Under the pieces are notes generated by a model that ran no database searches, had not been told where the DNA came from, and saw nothing but the letters and a program-made list of their open reading frames with translations. A DNA stretch of 64,000 nt from an uncultured Verrucomicrobiae bacterium (GTDB lineage: Bacteria > Verrucomicrobiota > Verrucomicrobiia > Limisphaerales > UBA11358): the NCBI GenBank assembly GCA_963835625.1, contig CAWIGO010000007.1, positions 75,415 to 139,414 on the forward strand, read 5' to 3'. Positions 39,410 to 51,852 of the stretch are shown here, in pieces. The position numbers were made by a program, and so were the translations under genes. Each line of letters starts with the position of its first letter. The stretch's first letter is position 1.

Positions 39410-39461
39410 TTAACTTTTCTGCGCTTCCTTCGCCCAAGTGTCCTTGAGCGTGATGGTGCGG

Positions 39462-41219
<1,758 letters not shown>

Positions 41220-41234
41220 TTTTCAGTGCGCGCT

Positions 41235-41762
41235 TCAGCCTTTGAGGTTTTGATTTTTTGCGCGTGATTCCAGAGCGAGCTTTTTTTTGAATTTCAACAA
41301 CGCCGCCTGAAGTTTTGAATCCGCGACCGCGAGAATTTGCACCGCCAGCAGTCCGGCGTTGCGCGCCGCGCCGATGCCGACCGTGGCCACCGGCACGCCC
41401 GGCGGCATTTGCACGATGGACAGCAGCGAGTCGAGGCCTTTCAACGATTTGCTTTCAATCGGCACGCCGATGACGGGCAGGGTGGTGAACGCCGCCGTCA
41501 CGCCCGGCAAATGCGCCGCGCCGCCCGCCCCGGCGATGATGACGCGGAGGCCGCGTTCGTGCGCTTTGCCGGCGTATTGCTCCAAATCGCGCGGTGTCCG
41601 ATGCGCGGAGACGACTTTCGATTCGCAGGGAATTCCAAATTGCGCGCACACGTCAGCGGCGGATTTCATCGTCGGCCAGTCCGAATCGCTGCCCATCAGA
41701 ATGCCGACCAGAGGTTTGCCGGATTTGCTTGCTTTCATTCGCCGGGAGTCTAGCGGATTCAA
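41235..41762 (-). CDS. purE: 5-(carboxyamino)imidazole ribonucleotide mutase
   Basis: Contains [33 protein letters not shown]. The start could instead be the internal ATG at 41738. Confidence 0.92.
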   Translation of the reverse strand: MNPLDSRRMKASKSGKPLVGILMGSDSDWPTMKSAADVCAQFGIPCESKVVSAHRTPRDLEQYAGKAHERGLRVIIAGAGGAAHLPGVTAAFTTLPVIGVPIESKSLKGLDSLLSIVQMPPGVPVATVGIGAARNAGLLAVQILAVADSKLQAALLKFKKKLALESRAKNQNLKG

Positions 41763-41785
41763 AGCCGGAAGTCATCACTTCTTGT

Positions 41786-41817
41786 CTTTTGCGGCTTTGC
41801 ATCTTTGCGGCTTTGCG
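41786..41817. repeat. direct repeat CTTTGCGGCTTTGC x2 (CGCAAAG-type units) in the purE/pgsA divergent spacer
   Basis: The sequence cttTTGCGGCTTTGCatcTTTGCGGCTTTGCg was read directly. A related GCGCAAAGGGCGCAAATAACGCA occurs at about 62757-62785. Confidence 0.75.
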
Positions 41818-41841
41818 TTAAAAGTTCGCGCTGGCTGTACT

Positions 41842-42432
41842 ATGACCACCGCAAATAAAATCACAATTCTGCGAATTCTGCTGATCCCGTTTTTTGTCGT
41901 CGAACTGATTTATTACATCGAGACCGGCAACGAAATTCATCACTTGTCGGCGGTCCTTTTGTTTGCGGTCACGGCAATTTTGGATGGTGTGGACGGTTAC
42001 ATCGCGCGCCGTTACAACCAAAAAAGCGAGCTTGGCGCCATTCTCGATCCGCTTGCGGACAAATTGCTGCTCATGTCGGGCATCATCACGTTGAGCTTCA
42101 ATCATGGGCCATATCTTACCCAGATTCCATTGTGGTTCACGGGCACCATCATCGGGCGCGATTTACTGGTGCTCATCGGCATTGTCGTGGTTCGATTCAC
42201 CGTCGGCAAAGTCATCGTGCGCACGCGCATCATCGGCAAAATCGCGACGGTGCTGCAGATGACCGTCGTGATTTGGATTTTGATGAAATGGAATGAAGGC
42301 CGGGGCGCGCACTGGCTCGAGGTTTGGATGATTGGCGCGGCGGTGTGCACGGGGGTGTCGGGACTGCTTTACGTTTGGGATGGTGTGAAACAACTCGGCT
42401 CGCATCCGGCGAGTCTGGCAAGCGAGCCATAG
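41842..42432 (+). CDS. pgsA: CDP-alcohol phosphatidyltransferase (PgsA-like)
   Basis: The ATG at 41842 gives MTTANKITILRILLIPFFVV.... The CDP-alcohol motif is DGVDGYIARRYNQKSELGAILDPLADKLL. The 5' part of the track ORF (41359-41841) is antisense to purE and I discarded it. Confidence 0.75.
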   Translation: MTTANKITILRILLIPFFVVELIYYIETGNEIHHLSAVLLFAVTAILDGVDGYIARRYNQKSELGAILDPLADKLLLMSGIITLSFNHGPYLTQIPLWFTGTIIGRDLLVLIGIVVVRFTVGKVIVRTRIIGKIATVLQMTVVIWILMKWNEGRGAHWLEVWMIGAAVCTGVSGLLYVWDGVKQLGSHPASLASEP

Positions 42433-42442
42433 ATGAACACAG

Positions 42443-42461
42443 ATCCCGCAATGCGGGACGG
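42443..42461. repeat. CCCGCAATGCGGG hairpin core (inverted copy)
   Basis: GATCCCGCAATGCGGGACG is the exact reverse complement of the 19-mer CGTCCCGCATTGCGGGATC at 50761-50779. Confidence 0.85.
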
Positions 42462-42574
42462 GTGAATGTTTTCCAGAAAAGTGCACAATGGAACTTCCCA
42501 TTTGACAGGCGCAATGTGAAGGCGGAGAGTCTACCTGCAATAAAGGCGAATTAACCAAATAACCAATAACGATT

Positions 42575-43054
42575 ATGGCAATTCCAGTCGGCTCAAAAGC
42601 TCCTGATTTCACTCTCAAATCCAAGCAGGCATCCGGCTTGGTAGACGTGAAACTCAGCAACAACTTCGGCAAAAAGAACACCGTGCTGCTCTTTTTCCCG
42701 CTCGCGTTCACGAGCGTTTGCACAAAGGAAATGTGCGACCTCACCGCCGGCCTCAAAGCGTATGCCGGCCTGAATGCGGACATTATTGGCGTCAGCGTGG
42801 ACAGTCCGTTTGCGCAGGAGGCATGGGCGCAAAGGGAAAAAATCGGCATCACACTCACCAGCGATTTGAACAAGGAAGTGAGCAAAAAATATGACGTCAT
42901 GCTTCCGATGCTCGCAGGCATAGGAGACGCATCGGCGCGCGCGGCGTTCGTGATTGATAAAAACGGCGTCGTTCAATACAGCGAACAAACGCCGACGCCG
43001 AAAGACTTGCCTAATTTCGAATTAGTCAAGAGAACGCTGGCGAAGTTGAAGTAA
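42575..43054 (+). CDS. peroxiredoxin (AhpC/TSA/redoxin family)
   Basis: Contains VGSKAPDFTL and the peroxidatic-Cys context FFPLAFTSVCTKE. Confidence 0.88.
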   Translation: MAIPVGSKAPDFTLKSKQASGLVDVKLSNNFGKKNTVLLFFPLAFTSVCTKEMCDLTAGLKAYAGLNADIIGVSVDSPFAQEAWAQREKIGITLTSDLNKEVSKKYDVMLPMLAGIGDASARAAFVIDKNGVVQYSEQTPTPKDLPNFELVKRTLAKLK

Positions 43055-43120
43055 ATTGGGGGGGCGAAGGGCCTCTGTCCTGAAAATCAGGGTCGCCGAC
43101 ACGGTGACCTTCCCATGTTT

Positions 43121-44060
43121 TTACAATTTTGGTGGAATCGCTGTGGAAGAAATCCACTCACTAATCGGTTGCAGGCTTCCACATTCCGGGCAGGACGTTG
43201 CGGAATACTGAACTCCGCAGTTGGGGCAAACGCCCTGCGTTTGGAACGTGTCAAAAGGTTTCCGGCATTTGCCGCATACCCAGAATGTACCTTGCGGCGG
43301 CGGAGTTTTGCAGTTTGGACAGGCAAATCCGTCGCGGCGCGGTGCAGCGGCCACGCGGGCCAACCCGCGTGCGTGCATCAAACTGCCCCAACAATTCAGT
43401 AAAATGAAGGTGCACAAAATGCCGAGCCAGACGCCTTGGGTTGGATCACTCGAAAAAAATAGAAGCAACACTGCCATCCCGATCAGCACTGCCACTCCGA
43501 TGAATCCGATGATGCTCGCCACCAAAAGACTATTGGCGCGCCCAAACATAAACCAAAGCAGTGACCGCAAAATCTGCCCGCCATCAAGCGGATAAACCGG
43601 CAGCATGTTGAAAACGAGCAAAACGGTGTTCATGGTACCAAAGCATCTGGGCAAAAATATAGGCATTAGGTATCGTTTCCTGCCAACCGGCTGAATGCAC
43701 CAGCCACCAGATGATTGAAAGAACGGGAAAGAGAGCCACGTTTACCAACGGTCCCGCGGCGATGCTCCAAAGTTGTGCGCCGGGACGTTGCGGCGGAGAA
43801 ACGTAAGCCACGCCACCAAGCGGCCAGAGGATGATGTCACTGGTTTTTCCACCCACCTGCCGGCATGCCAGTTGATGGCCGAATTCGTGTATTAGCACAA
43901 TCAGGAACAATGCCAGACATTCCAGCACGCTCCAGATCGGGGAAGAATAACCTTCTGCCTGTTTGAGGAAATACACGACGGCAAAAAACCACGACCAGTG
44001 CAGATACACATCAATTCCGAAAAGCCGGAACAAACGAATGGAACCCTGGCGCGTTGGCAT
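43121..44060 (-). pseudogene. M50-family (site-2-protease-like) metalloprotease with a C-terminal double zinc-ribbon; frame broken at about 43631-43640
   Basis: ORF 43584-44078 has HEFGHQLACR (HExxH) and stays meaningful to ...NAYIFAQMLWY. The +1 frame (ORF 43121-43666) continues MNTVLLVFNMLPVYPLDGGQIL (the second M50 motif), more TM segments, and four CxxC pairs (CPNC, CGKC, CPNC, CPEC). The ATG at 44060 is preferred over the TTG at 44078. Confidence 0.7.
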
Positions 44061-44187
44061 TGTTGCTGAAAGATACAATAATCGTCCTCACGGAACAAGT
44101 TTTGGCGCATTTTTGTTTCCGATTCGTCACACAGCTTTAACCGAAGTGTCATTGTATTTAGTGGAAGCCCATTTTATAAAAATAGGC

Positions 44188-44568
44188 ATGGCATCTTGTG
44201 TTTTGATTGTGGACGACGAGTGCGATTTTGTTGAACTGGTGCGATTTCGACTTGCCGGGCTGGGTTGCGAATTCATTGTGGCCAACGATGGCGTGCATGC
44301 ACTCAGCCAGGCGCGGCAGTTCAAACCCGATCTGATTTTGCTCGATATTCTCCTGCCAGACCTCGACGGCCTGTCCGTCTGCGAAATTTTGCGCCGTCAG
44401 CCGGCCACGCAAAAAATCCCCATCATTTTCGTAAGTGCGCTTTCCGGCGACGTGACCAAACGCACCGTGGCGATGCACGCCGAGGATTTTTTCACCAAGC
44501 CGCTCGATTTCGTGCGACTCGAGCACCGCATCACCGACTTGTTGCGCTGCGAACCTGTGGCAAAATAA
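44188..44568 (+). CDS. single-domain response regulator (receiver only)
   Basis: The ATG at 44188 gives CVLIVDDE...PDLILLDILLPDLDG...IIFVSA...KP, a canonical REC domain. The upstream part of the track ORF is antisense to the M50 gene. Confidence 0.85.
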   Translation: MASCVLIVDDECDFVELVRFRLAGLGCEFIVANDGVHALSQARQFKPDLILLDILLPDLDGLSVCEILRRQPATQKIPIIFVSALSGDVTKRTVAMHAEDFFTKPLDFVRLEHRITDLLRCEPVAK

Positions 44569-44591
44569 TTCCCGTCGAGTCCAGTTATTAT

Positions 44592-44647
44592 TTGGTGGGT
44601 GCGCCGTTGCTGCGGCGCACGGCAGTGCGGCAGCACCGCCCTACCAA
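44592..44647. repeat. nested GC-rich hairpin element TTGGTGGG...CCC(T)ACCAA with two inner hairpins
   Basis: The outer arms are TTGGTGGG (44592-44599) and CCCTACCAA (44639-44647, one bulge). The inner hairpins are GTGCGCCG-ttgctg-CGGCGCAC and GGCAGTGC-ggca-GCACCGCC (one mismatch). Confidence 0.8.
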
Positions 44648-44716
44648 CCAGACACTGTGCTTCACTTGACACGTTCATGCTTCATCTTCATTTTCATTGC
44701 TGGTTGAAGGAATTAA

Positions 44717-47662
<2,946 letters not shown>

Positions 47663-47668
47663 GCAATG

Positions 47669-47691
47669 GGAACGCCGGAGGCCGGCGCTCC
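47669..47691. terminator. GC-rich hairpin between convergent acnA and the M16 peptidase (possible bidirectional terminator; no U-run)
   Basis: GGAACGCCGG-agg-CCGGCGCTCC pairs at 9 of 10 positions. Confidence 0.3.
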
Positions 47692-47699
47692 AATCAGCC

Positions 47700-50258
47700 C
47701 TAAGTTTTCTCCGGCTTCACGATGGAAACCACGAACGCATCCGGCTTGAGGTATTTCTGCGCGGCGGCCTTGATTTGTTCGAGCGTGACGGCTTCGTATT
47801 TCGCGTCGTCCAGTTCCGCGCGCCGGTAGCCGAGGCCGTAAAGTTCGTCGAGCGCGGTCAGGGACGCGAGATCGCCGAGATCCTGCCGCGCGATTTTCTT
47901 CTGGCCGATGATTTTGGCCTTCGCACGTTTGAGTTCCCCGGCGGTCAAGCCTTCGGTGCGGAGCAATTCAGCTTCCTTGAGCAATTCCGTTTCGACCTGC
48001 CCGGCCTTCGACGGTTCGGTGCCGGTATAAAAAGCAAAATAACCGGGCACGAGTCCGGCAAAATTCTGCGCTCCGACGTAATATGCCAGGCCCAATTTGT
48101 CGCGAACACGCAGAAACAGCCGCGAGCCGAGGTCGCTGCAGGATTCCTGGATCAATTCCAGCGCGTAACGGTCGTCGCTGTGCATCGTTGTTCCAGGAAA
48201 CCCGATGACGAGCACGGCCTGTTTTTTGTCACGAACTTCTTCGACGCGTTTCGGTGAATTCAAGGTAGGGCGCGTTGTCCCTAACGCGCCGCCGGACGGC
48301 TCGCTGGGGACAGCGAGCCCTACCTGTTTCCAATTCGCAAACGCCTTTTCGACGGCGGCTTTGACTCCCGTCGTTTTTACGTCGCCGTAAACGGCAAGAA
48401 CGCAATTGTTCGGCGCGGTCAATTTTTTGTGAAACAATTTCAGGTCGGAGGCCTGGAATTTCGAGACGGTTTCTTCCGTGCCGAGCGGGTCAAGGCCGTA
48501 ACCGACATTGCCGAACATTGTGCGGCACATGGCGACGCTCGCGCTTTTGAGCAAATCGTCCTTGCGCGCGCGGATGCCGGCGATTTGCACCTCGCGTTCG
48601 CGTTCCAAGTCGCCTGCGGGAAAAGTCGGGTTCAGCAAAACGTCGGCGAGCAAATCCAGGCCGGTGGCGAAATCGCTGCTCAACACCTCGACATTCACGC
48701 CAAAGCTGTTGTTGCCGCCGTAACTGTCAATGCTGCCGCCCACGGATTCGATTTCCGTGGCGACTTTCCCGGCGGTGCGGCGCTTGGTGCCCTTGAGCAG
48801 CATTTTGGCAAGCAATTGCGTGATGCCGTTGTTCCCGGCGGTCTCGGCCAGCACGCCGCCTTTGAACGCGGCTCGAAATTCGACGAATGGCAGACGATGA
48901 TCCTCCTTTACGAGCAGGCACAAACCGTTCGCCAATTCAATTTTTTGAATCGCTTGGTCACTGCTCACCTCAACGTCAGCCGAAATTTTCGGCGCGGCGC
49001 CGTCCGGCAGCAGCGCGTAAAGCGTGCGGTTTTCCGGCGTAAGATATTCGCGCGCAACACGTTGAATGTCGCCTGGCGTGACTCGTTTGACGGCGGCAAG
49101 ATAGCGCTCGGAAAAATTCAAATCATTTGCCGCCATCCAATTTGCGCCGAGGTTTTGCGCCTGGCCTTCCATCGTCTTGCGCATGGCAAGCGTGGCGGAA
49201 ATGAACTGTTTGACGGCTTTGCCCAGTTCTTCAGATGACACGGGCGACGATTTCATTTTTTCGACTTCAACGAGCATGGCGTCGCGCGCGGCGGGAAATT
49301 TATCCGCATCGGCGATGGCGCTCATGCCAAACAATCCCGAATTGCCGGGATTGTAAGTCCACGCGTCAACGTGATGCACGACGCCTTGTTTCTCACGCAC
49401 TTGCTGGAAAAGCCGCGAGCTGCGGCCGCCGCCGAGCAGCACGGCAAGCACGCCGAGAATCGGCACGTCGGGATGGCGTAGTTCGGGAATGTGCCACGCA
49501 AAATGCAGATGGCCAAGTTCAATGGGCGCTTCCTCAACGATTTCGCGCGGCGCGGTTTGTTTTGGTTCGCTGGGTAGAACCATTGGCGGAGTCGCGCGCG
49601 ATTTGGTTTTCGCATAAGACTCGCGGATTTGCGCGATCACGTCCTCGTTTTTCACATCGCCCGCGACGACATAGAAAACGTTGTTCGGCGCGTATTTTTC
49701 GCGGTAGTAGCCGTGGATGTCGTCGGGCTTCAGTTCGTTGAAAATGTCGGGATAGCCGATGACGGTGAAACGATACGGACTGCGCGTATAGGCGGTCTCG
49801 AACAGACGGCGGCTCGAACGAAGTCCAGGATCGTCCTGGCCCATGTCCATTTCGCGGCGGATGACATCCATTTCCTTCGCGAGTTCGTCCGGCGGCAGCG
49901 TCGCGTGCTGCATGATGTCGCAAAGGATGTCGATTGCCGTGTGCGCGCCGGTGTTCGGCACGTCAATGTGATAGACCGTGCGGTCGAAGCTCGTGTAGGC
50001 GTTCATGCAACCGCCGGCTTCCTGCACTTCCTGATCAATCCGGCTGCCGGGTCGCGTGGTCGTGCCCTTGAACAGCATGTGTTCGAGCACGTGCGACAGT
50101 CCCGCGCCGAGCCATTTGCCTTCGTGGATGCTGCCGGCCATGCACCACGCCTGCGCCGACACGACCGGCGCACTGTGATCCTCGCGCACGATGATGGTCA
50201 GGCCGTTTTCGAGCGTGGTGAGCGTGATACCGGGTGGAAACGAGGGGATTTCACTCAT
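47700..50258 (-). CDS. M16-family zinc peptidase, double-length (two insulinase-like halves)
   Basis: Has HVLEHMLFKGT (the HxxEH inverzincin motif) near the N-terminus. The second half repeats the M16 fold without the motif. It carries an in-frame GC-rich hairpin element (48264-48324). Confidence 0.9.
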   Translation of the reverse strand: MSEIPSFPPGITLTTLENGLTIIVREDHSAPVVSAQAWCMAGSIHEGKWLGAGLSHVLEHMLFKGTTTRPGSRIDQEVQEAGGCMNAYTSFDRTVYHIDVPNTGAHTAIDILCDIMQHATLPPDELAKEMDVIRREMDMGQDDPGLRSSRRLFETAYTRSPYRFTVIGYPDIFNELKPDDIHGYYREKYAPNNVFYVVAGDVKNEDVIAQIRESYAKTKSRATPPMVLPSEPKQTAPREIVEEAPIELGHLHFAWHIPELRHPDVPILGVLAVLLGGGRSSRLFQQVREKQGVVHHVDAWTYNPGNSGLFGMSAIADADKFPAARDAMLVEVEKMKSSPVSSEELGKAVKQFISATLAMRKTMEGQAQNLGANWMAANDLNFSERYLAAVKRVTPGDIQRVAREYLTPENRTLYALLPDGAAPKISADVEVSSDQAIQKIELANGLCLLVKEDHRLPFVEFRAAFKGGVLAETAGNNGITQLLAKMLLKGTKRRTAGKVATEIESVGGSIDSYGGNNSFGVNVEVLSSDFATGLDLLADVLLNPTFPAGDLEREREVQIAGIRARKDDLLKSASVAMCRTMFGNVGYGLDPLGTEETVSKFQASDLKLFHKKLTAPNNCVLAVYGDVKTTGVKAAVEKAFANWKQVGLAVPSEPSGGALGTTRPTLNSPKRVEEVRDKKQAVLVIGFPGTTMHSDDRYALELIQESCSDLGSRLFLRVRDKLGLAYYVGAQNFAGLVPGYFAFYTGTEPSKAGQVETELLKEAELLRTEGLTAGELKRAKAKIIGQKKIARQDLGDLASLTALDELYGLGYRRAELDDAKYEAVTLEQIKAAAQKYLKPDAFVVSIVKPEKT
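48264..48324. repeat. GGTAGGG...CCCTACC nested hairpin element inside the M16 peptidase gene
   Basis: The layout is GGTAGGG, then the hairpin CGCGTT-gtccct-AACGCG, then CCGCCGGACGG, then the hairpin CTCGCTG-ggga-CAGCGAG, then CCCTACC. On the sense strand it reads VGLAVPSEPSGGALGTTRPT. Confidence 0.9.
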
Positions 50259-50296
50259 AGAAACGAATGCAAAAAATCCGCGGTGTGCGCGTGAGT

Positions 50297-50725
50297 TTAT
50301 GCACTGGTAGGCTTGGGTTCGGCAGATTCACTTGCCAGTTTGCCCTGCGGCCAAAACGGTTTGCGGAAGGCATCGGTAAAATCGTAGCCGTTCTGGAAAT
50401 CATCGCGGCTGTCCTTCTCGGTTTTGGCGAGCAGGCCGATTTCCACCATATTGAAAACGATTTCGCCGAAGTCGCGGCAATTGCGCACACCCCATTCCTC
50501 AAACACGGTCATCGTCATCGGGCCGAATTGCTGAAGCGCAAACTGCCGGATGCCGTCGAGCAATTTCTGGCCGCTGACGTGGCGGATTTGCCCTCGAGTT
50601 GCCTTGCCGACGAGCTTTTGCGTGTAGTCCAGCGCCTCGCGGACGAACGTGTAGGCATCGCGATGGTAACGCGAATCCTTCGCCAGGATTTGCTCCACGG
50701 CTTCGTCAAAATTGATTTCTTGCAT
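50297..50725 (-). CDS. conserved hypothetical protein, Minf_1886-like (Verrucomicrobia/Planctomycetes-restricted family; recalled from memory)
   Basis: The ATG at 50725 gives MQEINFDEAVEQILAKDSRYHRDAYTFVREALDYTQK...HVSGQKLLDGIRQFALQQFGPM.... The longer track start (50770) runs into the hairpin repeat at 50742-50798. Confidence 0.5.
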   Translation of the reverse strand: MQEINFDEAVEQILAKDSRYHRDAYTFVREALDYTQKLVGKATRGQIRHVSGQKLLDGIRQFALQQFGPMTMTVFEEWGVRNCRDFGEIVFNMVEIGLLAKTEKDSRDDFQNGYDFTDAFRKPFWPQGKLASESAEPKPTSA

Positions 50726-50741
50726 TTTTAAGATTTCCAAC

Positions 50742-50798
50742 TTGGTGGGGCGAGCGTCCTCGTCCCGCATTGCGGGATCGGTAGCCTCGCCCCACCAA
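50742..50798. repeat. nested hairpin element with a perfect 13-bp outer stem (TTGGTGGGGCGAG/CTCGCCCCACCAA) and a CCCGCATTGCGGG inner hairpin
   Basis: The outer arms at 50742-50754 and 50786-50798 are exact reverse complements. The inner hairpin is TCCCGC-att-GCGGGA at 50763-50777. Confidence 0.92.
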
Positions 50799-50800
50799 AA

Positions 50801-50929
50801 TTATTTTGCCTGTTGAACAATTGCCGCTGGCGGATGGGCGGTGCGATATGCCTTGACCATCCAACCTGTCAGCAACAGCCCTAAAACGATACAGAGAACC
50901 AGTTGTTCCTGTTTCGTCAGGCGATTCAC
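50801..50929 (-). CDS. possible small single-TM protein (about 42 aa, GTG start)
   Basis: Only the distal part of the 72-aa ORF looks protein-like: (V)NRLTKQEQLVLCIVLGLLLTGWMVKAYRTAHPPAAIVQQAK. The call is weak. Confidence 0.3.
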   Translation of the reverse strand: MNRLTKQEQLVLCIVLGLLLTGWMVKAYRTAHPPAAIVQQAK

Positions 50930-51000
50930 CAGAAGAAGGTAACTTAATAAGGGCGTTCCGGCAAGCGGGTGTTGCTGTGGCGGTGGTCTGTGACCGCCGC

Positions 51001-51028
51001 AAAAAATGACGGCGCTCATAGAGCGCCG
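51001..51028 (-). terminator. canonical-looking intrinsic terminator on the minus strand with no obvious upstream gene
   Basis: On the minus strand the hairpin GGCGCTC-tat-GAGCGCC (plus one further C:G pair) is followed by tcaTTTTTTg (plus-strand A-run at 51001-51006). Confidence 0.35.
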
Positions 51029-51091
51029 CCACGATGAAAACGGCTTTAATCTTGCGACGGCGGCTCAATGTTTGTTAGCCTGCGCCGCTTT

Positions 51092-51847
51092 ATGGCAGCG
51101 ATTGGCCGATTTCAGAAGGGCAACGAGATTTTTTACGCCAAAGTCGTGGACGGTGAATTATTCCGGCTGCGCGGCGATGTTTTTGGTTCGCCGTCATTTG
51201 ACCGCAGACCCACTTTACGCAAAGGTGTGAGGACATTGGTTCCCGTCGTGCCGTCCAAAATCATCGCCGTCGGACTCAATTATGCCGATCACGCGCGCGA
51301 AATCGGAAAACCGCCGCCCAAGGAGCCATTGTTTTGGTTCAAAGCCACCACGTCGTTGATTCCCGATGGCGGGAAAATTGAGATTCCCTTTTCGCATCAT
51401 CGCACGGATTACGAAGCGGAACTGGCCATCATCATTGGCCGCAAGATTCGCAACGTCACGTCCACGTCGGCAACGCGCTACATTTTCGGTTACACCACGG
51501 CGCAGGACATCAGCGATCGCACCATTCAGAAATCCGAGGCGCAATGGGCGCGCTGCAAGTCATTCGATACTTTCACGCCTCTCGGTCCGCTTGTGGAAAC
51601 GAATGTTGATCCGCGCGATTTGACCATTCAACTATTCCAAAATGGCCAGTTGCGCCAAAACTCGAGCACGAACCAGATGATTTTCAAACCCGCCGAGCTT
51701 GTGAGTTTTGTTTCGACAAACATGACCTTGCTGCCCGGCGACGTGATTCTGACCGGCACGCCGGGCGGCATCGGGCCGATTCAAAGTGGCGACCAGCTCG
51801 AAGTGCGGATTCAAGGCTTGGCTCCTCTCGTCAACACGGTGAAATGA
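51092..51847 (+). CDS. fumarylacetoacetate hydrolase (FAH) family protein
   Basis: Contains KIIAVGLNYADHARE, IPFSHHRTDYEAELAIIIG, and PGDVILTGTPGGIG. The start is either 51092 or 51068. Confidence 0.88.
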   Translation: MAAIGRFQKGNEIFYAKVVDGELFRLRGDVFGSPSFDRRPTLRKGVRTLVPVVPSKIIAVGLNYADHAREIGKPPPKEPLFWFKATTSLIPDGGKIEIPFSHHRTDYEAELAIIIGRKIRNVTSTSATRYIFGYTTAQDISDRTIQKSEAQWARCKSFDTFTPLGPLVETNVDPRDLTIQLFQNGQLRQNSSTNQMIFKPAELVSFVSTNMTLLPGDVILTGTPGGIGPIQSGDQLEVRIQGLAPLVNTVK

Positions 51848-51852
51848 TTTTG

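Noticed and set aside
38452-39412. The AT-rich segments (38452-39412 and 60766-61685) as an IS element, transposon or integron cassette
   Set aside because: They have no transposase or integrase and no long terminal inverted repeats. I could identify no direct target duplication. The only terminal symmetry at the first segment is a 7-mer (AGTTAAA/TTTAACT) that contains stop codons, which could be chance. I could not recognise attC-type R/L core sites with confidence.
41359-41841. 5' two-fifths of the 357-aa ORF 41359-42432
   Set aside because: It is antisense to purE and Ala/Arg/Pro-rich. The CDP-alcohol phosphatidyltransferase homology begins at the ATG at 41842.
42503-42540. TTGACA hexamer upstream of the peroxiredoxin gene, and another at 44666 upstream of acnA, as promoters
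   Set aside because: There is no acceptable -10 hexamer at 16-18 nt spacing in either case.
43963-44187. N-terminal extension of the response-regulator ORF (43963-44568), and similar extensions of recO (56792-56953), the Gfo/Idh/MocA gene (62714-62752), cdsA, rseP and tsaD
   Set aside because: The extensions overlap neighbouring genes or repeat elements and lack homology. Internal start codons give canonical N-termini.
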